A stretch of 26,450 nt of DNA, taken from positions 1 to 26,450 of IMG/VR virus record IMGVR_UViG_3300032233_001145; one strand, given 5' to 3'. This DNA is from a virus (lineage: Duplodnaviria > Caudoviricetes). A program made the translations under genes and the position numbers. Of the stretch, positions 1 to 9,146 are shown piece by piece. The notes under the pieces are model-generated. The model worked only from the letters and a program-made list of their open reading frames with translations. It made no database searches and had not been told where the DNA came from. Numbering within the stretch: position 1 is the first letter of the stretch; each line of letters starts with the position of its first letter.

Positions 1-1
1 A

Positions 2-1129
2 AATTCAACGTCTGCTTCATACGCATTAACAGCTTCATTTGCATTAAATGGTGGTGGTGGTGGTGTAGCATTTCCTTATACTGGTAGTGCTCAAATTACT
101 GGTAGCTTAGGTGTTACAGGTTCATTTACTCAACAAACAGGATATACTATTTTACCTACTGTTTCTTCATCATTAAATTTTGTTGATGATGATGCTGCAG
201 CAACGGGCGGAGTTCCATTAGGTGGTGTTTATAGAAATGGAAACTTTTTATTAATAAGAATAGGTGGTGTAAGTGGAAGTGCTCCTACAGCTTCAGCTTA
301 TATAGTTGCTACTGGTGGTACAGTAACAACATCTGGTTCTTATAAAATTCATACTTTTAATTCTTCAAGTACTTTTACAATTTCATCTGTAGGTACTGAT
401 CCTACTGATGGAAATAAAGTAGAATACTTAGTAGTTGGTGGTGGAGGTGGATCAGCAGGAGCTAGCTTTGGTAACTATGGTACTGGTGCTGGAGGTGCAG
501 GTGGCTATAAAGCTGCTGCAGGTTTTACTGTAACTGCTCAAGCTTATTCTATTACTGTTGGTGCTGGTGGTGCAGGTGGTGCTCATGCTACTAATTCAGG
601 AGATAGAGGTATTAATGGTACTAATGGTGGTGATTCAATATTTGATACTATTACTGCTAAAGGTGGTGGATATGGAAGTAACTCAGCAGGTGCTGGTGGT
701 GCTGGAGGATCTGCTGGTGGAGGAGGTGGTGCACAATCAGGAGGTACTGCTGATGGTACTTGTGGTTGTGGTAACAACGGTGCTGGAGGAAGTAGTGGTT
801 CACCTTATAATGGTGGTGGAGGAGGAGGAGCTGGTGCTGCTGGAAACGGTGGTGGATCAGCAACTGGAGGTATTGGTCTTCAAAATAGTATTTCAGGCAC
901 TAATATCTACTACGCTGGAGGCGGTGGTGGTGGTAATAGTCAAGCTGGAGGAAATGGAGGAGGAGGTACCGGTGGAACACAATCAGGATTGAATGGTAGT
1001 GCAGGTGCAAATGGAACTGCTAATTTAGGTGGTGGTGCTGGTGGTACTGGTAACAACGATACTGGTACTGGTCCAGATGGTGCTAATGGTGGTTCAGGTG
1101 TAACAATTATAAAATATAAATTTCAATAA
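2..1129 (+). CDS. C-terminal part of tail fibre protein (SASYA-type repeats followed by a glycine-rich domain); 5'-truncated
   Basis: Frame 2 reads NSTSASYALTASFALNGGGGGVAFPYTGSAQITGSLGVTGS...IVATGGTVTTSGSYKIHTFNSS...VEYLVVGGGGG...GGSGVTIIKYKFQ* with TAA at 1127-1129. It is absent from the ORF track because its start lies outside the window. Confidence 0.85.
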   Translation, partial: NSTSASYALTASFALNGGGGGVAFPYTGSAQITGSLGVTGSFTQQTGYTILPTVSSSLNFVDDDAAATGGVPLGGVYRNGNFLLIRIGGVSGSAPTASAYIVATGGTVTTSGSYKIHTFNSSSTFTISSVGTDPTDGNKVEYLVVGGGGGSAGASFGNYGTGAGGAGGYKAAAGFTVTAQAYSITVGAGGAGGAHATNSGDRGINGTNGGDSIFDTITAKGGGYGSNSAGAGGAGGSAGGGGGAQSGGTADGTCGCGNNGAGGSSGSPYNGGGGGGAGAAGNGGGSATGGIGLQNSISGTNIYYAGGGGGGNSQAGGNGGGGTGGTQSGLNGSAGANGTANLGGGAGGTGNNDTGTGPDGANGGSGVTIIKYKFQ

Positions 1130-1132
1130 TAT

Positions 1133-1480
1133 ATGTCACATTTTGCTAAAGTTAATTTAGAAGGAGAGGTTGAAAACGTAATTGTTGCAGAACAAGAATT
1201 TATAAACACACTATCAGGAAACTGGGTTCAAACCTCATATAACACAATTGGAGGTGTACACAAATTAGGTGGTACTCCACTTAGAAAAAATTATGCGGGT
1301 ATAGGTTTTACTTATGACCCTAATAGAGATGCATTTATTCCTCCGAAACCATACCCAAGTTGGATTTTAAATGAAGATACATGTCAGTGGGAATCACCAG
1401 TTTTATGCCCAACAGATGGTAGATTATTTGAATGGAATGAAGAAGAATTAAATTGGGAAGAAAGAATTAAATCATTATAA
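1133..1480 (+). CDS. Phage protein associated with Gly-rich tail fibres (possible fibre accessory/chaperone)
   Basis: MSHFAKV...WVQTSYN...RKNYAGIGFTYD...DAFIPPKPYPSW motif, directly after the Gly-rich fibre gene. Confidence 0.7.
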   Translation: MSHFAKVNLEGEVENVIVAEQEFINTLSGNWVQTSYNTIGGVHKLGGTPLRKNYAGIGFTYDPNRDAFIPPKPYPSWILNEDTCQWESPVLCPTDGRLFEWNEEELNWEERIKSL

Positions 1481-1481
1481 C

Positions 1482-1613
1482 ATGTCAGTATCACTTTCAG
1501 GATCATTAGCAGTAACAGGATCAGTAATTGCAACTTCATTTACAGGTAGCCTACAAGGTGCTGTGCAAAGTAATGATGTTTACAGTTACACATTCTTATT
1601 GATGGGAGCTTAA
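1482..1613 (+). CDS. Small 43-aa virion-associated protein ending FLLMGA
   Basis: MSVSLSGSLAVTGSVIATSFTGSLQGAVQSNDVYSYTFLLMGA*; fills the intergenic gap and shares the VTGS/FTGSL motifs of the fibre protein. Confidence 0.6.
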   Translation: MSVSLSGSLAVTGSVIATSFTGSLQGAVQSNDVYSYTFLLMGA

Positions 1614-1636
1614 AATAAAATTATTAAACAAAATAT

Positions 1637-1960
1637 ATGGCAACAACATACAAAATATTAGGCCAAATAACAGGATCAGTTTCAACAGCATCATTATACA
1701 CCTCACCAGCAGCTACTCAAACAGTAGTATCTAGCTTAGTAGTAGCTAATAGATCAACATCTAACTCTACTTACTATATTGCTGTTGTTCCTTCAGGTTC
1801 AACTTTAGAAGTAAATGATTGGTTAGCATTTAACGTACCAATTTCAGGTAGTGATAGTACAGCATTAACATTAGGTATTACATTAGGTGCTTACGATCAA
1901 ATTCAAGTATCTGGTTTAGCAACAGGATCTTTCAATTTATTTGGAAGCCAAATATCATAA
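1637..1960 (+). CDS. Small beta-rich tail fibre-associated protein
   Basis: MATTYKILGQ...LGITLG...FNLFGSQIS, located in the fibre cluster. Confidence 0.65.
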   Translation: MATTYKILGQITGSVSTASLYTSPAATQTVVSSLVVANRSTSNSTYYIAVVPSGSTLEVNDWLAFNVPISGSDSTALTLGITLGAYDQIQVSGLATGSFNLFGSQIS

Positions 1961-1963
1961 TCT

Positions 1964-2740
1964 ATGTCAGTAGTAAATTTAAGAAGATACTCATTCGCAA
2001 CAGGACTTACAAAAGGAGGTGACTTTGCAGATATTCCTTATGTAGCACCTAGTGATATTATAATTAGTACTACCAATCTACAATTAAATACTGATGCTCA
2101 AAATACAACATCAAATCCAGGATCAGGAACTACATGGTTTGATTTAACAGCAAATGCATACAATGGTACTTTAACTAATGGAGCTGCATTTACAGCAGGC
2201 ACTCCAAAGTATGTTTTATTAGACGGATCAAATGACTATGTTACTTATGGAGATATTTTAGGAGCCCCAGCAGCAATTACACTTCAAGGTTGGTGGTATG
2301 GTACTAATATTAATGGTGCTGGTATTAACATTATGGCCGCTTATTGGACAGATACTGGCAATCAAAGATCAATTATATTTGGTCACAATATTGACAGTGG
2401 ACAAGGACCAGGAGTATTATTAGATAGATCAGGTACTTTTAGTGACGTACTTAAAGTTCAAAAAGGATCTCAATTATCAAATAACGTTTGGTATCATTTA
2501 GCATTTACTTTTAATGGTCAAACTGCAATAATATACCAAGACGGTGTTCAAATAGCTACTGGTGCTTATGGATCAAACTCAGCATTATTTAATTCATCAG
2601 ATCCTCTTTATGTAGGTAGAGATGGTCAAGGTAGATATTGGGGAGGCAGAGTAGGTGAATTTGATTGGTACAACGCAGCAATAAGTGGTGCAACTGTACT
2701 ATCTAACTTTAACGCAACTAAAGCAGCATATGGAAAGTAG
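1964..2740 (+). CDS. LamG / concanavalin A-like lectin domain tail protein (candidate receptor-binding protein)
   Basis: GSGTTWFDL, LDGSNDYV, NVWYHLAFTFNGQTAIIYQDG and LYVGRD...WGGRVGEF are typical of Laminin_G_3-like domains. Confidence 0.8.
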   Translation: MSVVNLRRYSFATGLTKGGDFADIPYVAPSDIIISTTNLQLNTDAQNTTSNPGSGTTWFDLTANAYNGTLTNGAAFTAGTPKYVLLDGSNDYVTYGDILGAPAAITLQGWWYGTNINGAGINIMAAYWTDTGNQRSIIFGHNIDSGQGPGVLLDRSGTFSDVLKVQKGSQLSNNVWYHLAFTFNGQTAIIYQDGVQIATGAYGSNSALFNSSDPLYVGRDGQGRYWGGRVGEFDWYNAAISGATVLSNFNATKAAYGK

Positions 2741-2990
2741 AAAATATATAATATTTGACGTTTCAGAACTAATTAAAATTAATTTTGATGAAGTAATGGA
2801 AACGTCTTCGAATACACTTAGAGTATCATTAGACGGCTCTAAAACGTTTGTTAAATATACTTCAGACGATATGCCTACAAGTGTATCTAATTTAACAACT
2901 AAAATAGGTCCATTTGATGAAATGGAAATGAACGTTACATTAGGTAACGCTGATTGGACAATACCATCCCCAACAACAGGTAGTTTATAA
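2730..2990 (+). CDS. Hypothetical protein accompanying the LamG tail protein
   Basis: ATG at 2730 overlaps the LamG stop; MESRKYIIFDVSEL...RVSLDGSKTFVKY. Confidence 0.6.
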   Translation: MESRKYIIFDVSELIKINFDEVMETSSNTLRVSLDGSKTFVKYTSDDMPTSVSNLTTKIGPFDEMEMNVTLGNADWTIPSPTTGSL

Positions 2991-3009
2991 ACACACAAAA
3001 ATAATAAAA

Positions 3010-3234
3010 ATGCCAATTCCACAACGCAAACAAGGAGAAGCTGAAGATACATTTGTATCAAGATGTATAGGTGACTTATCAAGCGAATATGATACACCAC
3101 AAGCAGCAGCTATATGCTATCAACAATTAGCAGTTCATCTAACAATGGACAAAGAATGGCGCAAGTCATTTATAAATTCGCCAGAAGCTACATGTCTTAC
3201 ACAATACAAGCACGTAGGTTCGAACATCAAATGA
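3010..3234 (+). CDS. Small head-module protein (MPIP...FVSRC...QAAAICY)
   Basis: 74-aa ORF with A-rich start context, immediately upstream of the scaffold gene. Confidence 0.6.
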   Translation: MPIPQRKQGEAEDTFVSRCIGDLSSEYDTPQAAAICYQQLAVHLTMDKEWRKSFINSPEATCLTQYKHVGSNIK

Positions 3235-3248
3235 GGATAACACGTATC

Positions 3249-3262
3249 GTTATAACAATATA
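3249..3262 (+). promoter_or_regulatory. Putative late promoter box GTTATA(ACAATATA)
   Basis: The identical 14-mer GTTATAACAATATA occurs at 16733-16746; both are intergenic and upstream of head genes. Confidence 0.55.
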
Positions 3263-3276
3263 AATTCAAAACTAAA

Positions 3277-4050
3277 ATGGATTCAAAACAAATTCTAAAC
3301 AAAATTATCACTATGTTAGGCATAGAGGGTAAACAAGTAGAATTAGAGGCATTTGGCAACGGAAACGCTGTCAGCCCAATCTACGGAAAGTTAGAAGGCG
3401 GTGGTGCTGTAAAAGCTGATTTTTGGGACTTAGGCCATATGGTCTTTGTTGTTAAAGATGATGGCTCTGAAGTACCTGCTCCTGATGCTGACCACATTAT
3501 CTACTTGCCAATCGGATTGGCGGGTGGTAACAAAAGATATTTTATCACAACAAAAGGTGGAGTAATTACATCAATGAACTTAGAAGACACACATGGTGGT
3601 GTTAAAAAGGACGTTAATGCCTCTGCACAAACAAATTCAGAAATGGAAAACACATTATCAACAGAATTAGGTGCTGAAAAAACCTATGACGAAAAAGAAG
3701 CTGTTAAAAAAGAAACTATGGCAGTTGACCCAGCTCAACGCTTAGATGCTTTAGAAGCAGAAGTTAAACAATTACGCGACGATATCGCTAATTTGTATGA
3801 AACTAAAAAAGGCGACGATTCATCTGAGGTAGAGATGGGCGTTAAAGTCTATGATGCAGAAGCCGCTGTAAAAGAGGTTCAAAAAGTAGACGAAAGTAGA
3901 GGTGGTAAATTGCAAATGAGCAATTCCGCAAAGAAATTCACTGGTGCTCCAGTTGAAGAAACAACAAATTTAAGTGGTTTATTTAAAAGCAAAAAAGAAG
4001 GAACTATGTTAGGTTCTGTACTTGCTAAAATGAGTAACTCTAAATTCTAA
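3277..4050 (+). CDS. Putative prohead scaffolding protein
   Basis: Acidic and Lys-rich, with a coiled coil (RLDALEAEVKQLRDDIANL); directly upstream of the major capsid gene. Confidence 0.6.
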   Translation: MDSKQILNKIITMLGIEGKQVELEAFGNGNAVSPIYGKLEGGGAVKADFWDLGHMVFVVKDDGSEVPAPDADHIIYLPIGLAGGNKRYFITTKGGVITSMNLEDTHGGVKKDVNASAQTNSEMENTLSTELGAEKTYDEKEAVKKETMAVDPAQRLDALEAEVKQLRDDIANLYETKKGDDSSEVEMGVKVYDAEAAVKEVQKVDESRGGKLQMSNSAKKFTGAPVEETTNLSGLFKSKKEGTMLGSVLAKMSNSKF

Positions 4051-4090
4051 TAAGTAAAAATAATTAATTAAAATTAAACATTTAGTAAAA

Positions 4091-5023
4091 ATGGCAACAA
4101 CAACATCGATAACCACAACCTATGCCGGTCAATTTTCAGGCAAATATATAGCTGCTGCGTTATTAAGTGCACCTACTCTAGATAAAGAGTATATCACTAT
4201 CAAACCAAACATCAAGTACAAAGAAGTAGTTAAAACATTAGCACAATCAGGTATCATCGTAGATGCATCTTGTGATTTTACAGCAACTGGTTCTGTTACT
4301 TTGAACGAAAGAATCTTACAACCAGACGAATTCCAAGTTAACACTCAATTGTGTAAGAAGGATTTCCGTTCTGATTGGGAAGCAATTGAAATGGGTGTAT
4401 CAGTTTATGATAACTTACCTGCTTCATTCACAGATTTCTTGATTGCAAACACTGCAGGTCAAGTAGCTGCTCAAATCGAGACTAATATTTGGTCTGGTTC
4501 AGCTGCAGTAAATGGTCAATTTGCTGGTATGATCAATTTGATCAGTCAATCAGCTGCTTTACCAACTGCTAACTTCGTTACTCAATCTGCTCCAACAGCA
4601 GCAAACGTAACTGCATCATTATTAGCTGTAGTAAACGCTATTCCTAACACAGTATACGGTAAGGAAGATTTATACATCTACGTATCAACTGCAACAGTTA
4701 AAGCTTACCAAACAGCTTTAGGTAGTGCTAACTACCAATTCAATTCATTCACTGGATTCGCTCCTTTATCATTCCAAGGTATCAGCTTAGCATGGTGCCC
4801 AGGTATGCCAAGTGGTGTTACAATTGCAGCACAAAAGAGCAACTTGTTCTTCGGTACAGCATTGATGAGTGATAAGAATGAAGTTAAAGTATTGGATATG
4901 GCTGATTTAGACGGATCTCAAAACGTTCGTATTATCATGAGATATACAGCGGGTGTACAATTCGGTATCATAGGTGATATCGTTTTAGCAGGTCCAGCTG
5001 GTATCGGTGGAACAACAGTATAA
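4091..5023 (+). CDS. Major capsid protein
   Basis: 310 aa; MATTTSITTTYAGQFSGKYIAAALLS...LCKKDFRSDWEA...DMADLDGSQNVRIIMRYTAGVQ; codon usage typical of high expression (TTC/AAC/ATC); followed by a hairpin. Confidence 0.8.
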   Translation: MATTTSITTTYAGQFSGKYIAAALLSAPTLDKEYITIKPNIKYKEVVKTLAQSGIIVDASCDFTATGSVTLNERILQPDEFQVNTQLCKKDFRSDWEAIEMGVSVYDNLPASFTDFLIANTAGQVAAQIETNIWSGSAAVNGQFAGMINLISQSAALPTANFVTQSAPTAANVTASLLAVVNAIPNTVYGKEDLYIYVSTATVKAYQTALGSANYQFNSFTGFAPLSFQGISLAWCPGMPSGVTIAAQKSNLFFGTALMSDKNEVKVLDMADLDGSQNVRIIMRYTAGVQFGIIGDIVLAGPAGIGGTTV

Positions 5024-5039
5024 TAACTGAACAATATAG

Positions 5040-5064
5040 AATGGGGGTGTAAAAGCCCCCATTT
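5040..5064 (+). terminator. Stem-loop after the major capsid gene (terminator or mRNA-stabilising hairpin)
   Basis: AATGGGGG-tgtaaaag-CCCCCATT, with only a short T tail. Confidence 0.55.
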
Positions 5065-5098
5065 AACCAAATTTGACTCAAAATAAAAATTTAATAAC

Positions 5099-5644
5099 AT
5101 GGCATGTAATATTTCATTAGGATATAATGAACCTTGTAAAGACAGTATAGCTGGTCTTACCGCCGTGTATTTCATGAATTACAACACAGGAAGCTTTACA
5201 TTAAATGCTACTGACGTTGTAACTGCATTCCCTTCAGCATCTACTGCTTATAAGTATGAATTGAAAGGAACTAATGGATACACAGAAACTGTTAACACGT
5301 CACGTGATAATGGTACTACTTTCTTCTCTCAAGTGTTAAGCTTACAATTGAAAAAATTGGAAGCAACTGCAACTAAAGAGTTGAAATTATTGGCTTATGG
5401 TAGACCAAAAATTGTTGTAGCAGATAGAAACGGTAATGCGTTTTTAGTTGGTAAAAATGAAGGTGCTGATATGACTGGTGGTACAATTACTACTGGTACA
5501 GCATACGGAGATTTATCAGGATACACAATGCAATTTACTGGTAACGAAGTTCTACCAGCTAATTTCTTGACAGGTTCAACATTAGCAAACCCATTCGCTG
5601 GTGTTTCTAATGCTCCTACTATCGTTTACGGTACAAATAGCTAA
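5099..5644 (+). CDS. Putative major tail (tube) protein
   Basis: 181 aa and beta-rich; MACNISLGYNEPCKDSIAGL...YKYELKG...GTTFFSQVL...GDLSGYTMQFTGNE; follows the capsid gene. Confidence 0.65.
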   Translation: MACNISLGYNEPCKDSIAGLTAVYFMNYNTGSFTLNATDVVTAFPSASTAYKYELKGTNGYTETVNTSRDNGTTFFSQVLSLQLKKLEATATKELKLLAYGRPKIVVADRNGNAFLVGKNEGADMTGGTITTGTAYGDLSGYTMQFTGNEVLPANFLTGSTLANPFAGVSNAPTIVYGTNS

Positions 5645-5680
5645 TACAGGGTTTCACAATACTCTGTCCACTATAGCTCT

Positions 5681-5719
5681 ACATAGATAGCTCCCTGTTC
5701 TGGGGGGCTATCACTATGT
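5681..5719 (+). terminator. Stem-loop after the putative tail tube gene
   Basis: ACATAG-ATAGCTCCC-tgttct-GGGGGGCTAT-ca-CTATGT, an extended imperfect inverted repeat. Confidence 0.55.
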
Positions 5720-5744
5720 TCATCAAATAAAAATACAATTAATG

Positions 5745-5750
5745 GTTATA
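5745..5750 (+). promoter_or_regulatory. Putative late promoter box GTTATA
   Basis: Follows a hairpin; AAAAT-N10-GTTATA, 5 nt before ATG 5756. Confidence 0.45.
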
Positions 5751-5755
5751 GCAGT

Positions 5756-6127
5756 ATGATAGTAGTATCCCCAAATACCAGTGCAACAGGTTCAGTTAGA
5801 TTTTCTGTGCGTACACGACCTACATCTTCACTTGGAACATTCGTTGTTAGAATGAATTATATAAATGAAGAAAACCAAAAATCAGGTAGTGTAACAGTAA
5901 CTGCATCCTATAGTTCAACTGATTTTTTAAACGTAACAGCATCACTATATGCTTCAGCTAGTAATTTTTATAGCTTTCAACTTATACAAATGAGTGGCAG
6001 TGTAGAATGTAATGAATTATATCGTGGAGAATTATTACCAACAACATCATCAGCAACAATAGTAAATAGTCAACCATTATTCTCATATACTGGGAGTAAT
6101 GATACATTTATAATATATTCAGTTTAA
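5756..6127 (+). CDS. Hypothetical virion protein (possible head closure/decoration)
   Basis: 123-aa Ser/Thr-rich ORF between tail tube and portal; GTTATA box just upstream. Confidence 0.5.
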   Translation: MIVVSPNTSATGSVRFSVRTRPTSSLGTFVVRMNYINEENQKSGSVTVTASYSSTDFLNVTASLYASASNFYSFQLIQMSGSVECNELYRGELLPTTSSATIVNSQPLFSYTGSNDTFIIYSV

Positions 6128-6128
6128 T

Positions 6129-7436
6129 ATGGAAAATCAAAATACAATACCTAACGGAAACGGAAAAGGTGTAGTTAAAGTAATTAATTTATCAGGTGGG
6201 TACATTTTACCTAGAATATCTGAATCAACAAATAAGCGTAAAGCCTGGGTTGAATTTGGTATTGATGGTATGGATGATTTCTTCAATACATTAATCAAGC
6301 GTTACGAAACATCTCCAACCAATCAAGCATGTATTGATGGTACAACAGATTTAATTTATGGTAAAGGTATTAAAGCAAAAGATAGATTAGATTTAGAAGA
6401 ATATCTTTACACATTAACTACTGAAGACGAAATCCGTAAAATAGTATTTGACTATAAATTATTTGGTAACGCAGCAATACAATGTGTATTCAATGCAGAC
6501 AGAACTAGAATAGTTAATTTCTATCACTTACCATCAGATACAATCCGTGCTGAAAGAGTAAATGATCAGGGTATTATACCTGGATTTTATTATTCAGCTG
6601 ATTGGACAAACAAAAATATTAAACCAAAATATATTCCTGCATTTGGTCAAAACCAATTTGAAGATGATGTACAGGTAATTTATATGAAGCGTTACGCTCC
6701 AGGTAAATTCTATTATGGTATTCCTGATTACTACTCTGCAATTCAATATTGCGCTGTAGAAGAAGAAGTATCAAACCTACATTTAAACAATATATTAAAT
6801 AACTTCATGCCTAGTACAATCATTAACTTTAATGGTGGTGTACCAGCAGTTGAAGAACAAGCGATGGTTGAAAATAGCATTGCAAACAAATTTACAGGTA
6901 CTACAAACGCAGGTAGATTCATTTTATCATTTAACGATAATCCAGAATATAAAACAACTGTTGAGATGTTACGTCCAGAAAACTTACATCAACAATACGA
7001 CTTTATAGCTGAAGAATCATCTCGTAAGATTATGTTAGCACATAGAATTACCTCACAAATGTTATTCGGTATTAAAACAGCAAACGGATTTAGTTCAAAC
7101 GCTGATGAATTAAAAACATCATACGAAATTATGTTGGCATTAGTTATTCAGCCTTTTCAACAAGAGATAATTAAAACAATACAAGGTATAGTTGAATTTA
7201 ATGAAATTGATGGTGAATCATTATATTTCTCTCCACTTATCCCATTCGGTTTCTTAGCTGAATTAATGGATGATGCAGGTGCAGCTAATGCTAAAGCAAT
7301 GATTGAAAACCCAAATGCTGATTTGCCTGATGCAGTTGCTACACCAGCAGAAGGTGATGGTTCAATGGCTCCAAATCCTAACGAAACAATAGGTGATGTT
7401 GTAGGACCAGAAAATACAGGTGAACAAGGAACTTAA
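6129..7436 (+). CDS. Portal protein
   Basis: 435 aa; SPTNQACI...IYGKG, DYKLFGNAAIQ, YYGIPDY, KFTGTTNAGRFILSF, IMLAHRITS...LFGI, VIQPFQ match phage portal architecture. Confidence 0.85.
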   Translation: MENQNTIPNGNGKGVVKVINLSGGYILPRISESTNKRKAWVEFGIDGMDDFFNTLIKRYETSPTNQACIDGTTDLIYGKGIKAKDRLDLEEYLYTLTTEDEIRKIVFDYKLFGNAAIQCVFNADRTRIVNFYHLPSDTIRAERVNDQGIIPGFYYSADWTNKNIKPKYIPAFGQNQFEDDVQVIYMKRYAPGKFYYGIPDYYSAIQYCAVEEEVSNLHLNNILNNFMPSTIINFNGGVPAVEEQAMVENSIANKFTGTTNAGRFILSFNDNPEYKTTVEMLRPENLHQQYDFIAEESSRKIMLAHRITSQMLFGIKTANGFSSNADELKTSYEIMLALVIQPFQQEIIKTIQGIVEFNEIDGESLYFSPLIPFGFLAELMDDAGAANAKAMIENPNADLPDAVATPAEGDGSMAPNPNETIGDVVGPENTGEQGT

Positions 7437-7456
7437 AAAATTAAAAATAGAAGATA

Positions 7457-7972
7457 ATGAGTTTAAATATTTTATTCTGCTCCAGAAATGATATAGTTAA
7501 AAGAACACCATTAGGTGGAAACGTTGACCCCGATAAAGTAATACCGTTTGTAAAAACGGCTCAAGACAAATATTTGTTGATTGCTCTAGGTACTGTGTTA
7601 TACAATTATTTACAAACACAAGTTGCAGCAGGTACACTAACTGGCAATTATAAAACATTAGTTGATGATTATATTATAGATACTTTAGTACATTATGCAA
7701 TGGTTGAAGCATTACCGTTTTTAGCTTATAGTATAGGCAATACAGGTATTACTAAAAACCTAAATTCAGAGCAAGGTGCATCACCAAACAAAAATGATAT
7801 TGATTATCTGTTACAAAAAGAATTAGCAACAGCCCAGTTCTATGCTGAACGTTTAGTTAACTACTTGATTGCACAAAATACTCTATATCCACAATACACA
7901 GCAACTACAGGATTCAGTGATAACGTATATCCAGACAAGGGTCAACAATACAGAAACGGATGGGTGATCTAA
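7457..7972 (+). CDS. Putative head-tail adaptor protein
   Basis: Helical 171-aa protein directly after portal; GNVDPDK...AQDKYL...LGTVLY. Confidence 0.55.
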   Translation: MSLNILFCSRNDIVKRTPLGGNVDPDKVIPFVKTAQDKYLLIALGTVLYNYLQTQVAAGTLTGNYKTLVDDYIIDTLVHYAMVEALPFLAYSIGNTGITKNLNSEQGASPNKNDIDYLLQKELATAQFYAERLVNYLIAQNTLYPQYTATTGFSDNVYPDKGQQYRNGWVI

Positions 7973-8130
7973 ACAAAACATATCTAGGCTATAAACCTAA
8001 AGATGATAATATAGTTAAACTAACGCAGTATCTGCGCGCTAAAGGCGTTTTAACAGCTCCAAAAAACGCGTTAAATACTAAGTTTACTAATTTAGCGTCA
8101 AATAAAATATTACGCAATAAACGCTTTTAA
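7960..8130 (+). CDS. Small basic 56-aa protein
   Basis: MGDLNKTYLGYKPKDDNIVKLTQYLRAKG...NKRF*; overlaps the upstream stop and ends 2 nt before the next ATG. Confidence 0.5.
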   Translation: MGDLNKTYLGYKPKDDNIVKLTQYLRAKGVLTAPKNALNTKFTNLASNKILRNKRF

Positions 8131-8132
8131 AC

Positions 8133-8654
8133 ATGCAAACATATTATTCAGTCACTAATTTTTTCAACAACGTTTGCACAGCGCATCCAAACATAAAGTC
8201 ATTTACTTTGGGTGATTTGTATACTGTTGATATGAAAAAATCACAGTTATTTCCTTTAGCGCACTTAATAGTTAATAATGTTAATATTGATTCAGGATTA
8301 ATGACATATAACGTTACATTAATGGTAATGGATAGAGTAGCTGACATAACACCAGATTCATATGGTAGTTACAACAACTTATTAAAAAACTATAAAGACG
8401 TTACTAATATAATTGATGTACACAATACATCTTTAATGACGTTAAACGATATTGTATCTTACATTTACAGAGATCCTCAAGCAGGTGAATTAATTGTAAA
8501 TGGTAGTTCATTAGCAACACCATTTGAAGAACGTTTTGATGATTTACTTGCTGGATGGGCAGTTGATATGAATATAGCTGTAGGTAATACTCAGGATATG
8601 TGTGCAATTGTTATTAGTGATGCGTTAGCAAATGGTGGTGATGTTGTATGTTAG
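8133..8654 (+). CDS. Putative tail terminator / tail completion protein
   Basis: LFPLAHL and PFEERFDDLLAGW motifs; 173 aa, in the connector cluster. Confidence 0.55.
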   Translation: MQTYYSVTNFFNNVCTAHPNIKSFTLGDLYTVDMKKSQLFPLAHLIVNNVNIDSGLMTYNVTLMVMDRVADITPDSYGSYNNLLKNYKDVTNIIDVHNTSLMTLNDIVSYIYRDPQAGELIVNGSSLATPFEERFDDLLAGWAVDMNIAVGNTQDMCAIVISDALANGGDVVC

Positions 8655-9121
8655 CTCAACCAATTATAGAAGCAGAAAAGAAATGGGCTCAGCTAGTTGT
8701 AACAAACGCTAAGTCCATCTTAATACGCAACAAAAAAGTTGCTAGTGGTAGACTAATTAATTCTGTGCGTTATACAATTAATTCTCAAGGTAAAATCAAA
8801 TTTTTATATGATAAAGATGGTAAATGGGTTACCAGCGGTAGAAAACGTAATTCACGATTTCCACCGCCTGCTGCTATATCTAAATGGATTAAACAAAAAG
8901 GATTAAGAGGTAGAGATGCTAAAACGGGTAGATTTATAAAAGATAAAACATTAACATACTTAATTTCACGCGGTATTGCTAAAAAAGGTATTAAACCATT
9001 ACCATTTATGAAAATGGCTATAGATAAAACAATTAAGCAATTACCTAAAATTCTTAAACCAGTGGTAGCTAAATCAGCAAAAGCACAAGTGCTTAAAGAT
9101 ATAGGTTTAATCAAACCATAA
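8648..9121 (+). CDS. Putative neck / tail completion protein (HK97 gp10-like)
   Basis: Very basic; ASGRLINSV, PPPAAISKWI..KG, ISRGIAKKGIKPLPFM. Confidence 0.6.
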   Translation: MLAQPIIEAEKKWAQLVVTNAKSILIRNKKVASGRLINSVRYTINSQGKIKFLYDKDGKWVTSGRKRNSRFPPPAAISKWIKQKGLRGRDAKTGRFIKDKTLTYLISRGIAKKGIKPLPFMKMAIDKTIKQLPKILKPVVAKSAKAQVLKDIGLIKP

Positions 9122-9135
9122 AATTACATTTTAAT

Positions 9136-9141
9136 GTTATA
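9136..9141 (+). promoter_or_regulatory. Putative late promoter box GTTATA
   Basis: AAAAT-N11-GTTATA, 5 nt before ATG 9147. Confidence 0.45.
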
Positions 9142-9146
9142 ATAAC

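Noticed and set aside
1-60. Direct terminal repeat between the window start and the 25650-25750 region
   Set aside because: The sequences are similar at protein level but differ at many synonymous positions, and the window end does not overlap the start, so circularity is not proven.
558-992. ORF-track 144-aa Val/Leu/Glu-rich ORF and minus-strand ORFs 583-777 and 657-863
   Set aside because: They are shadow frames of GGT/GGA glycine codons in the real frame-2 fibre gene.
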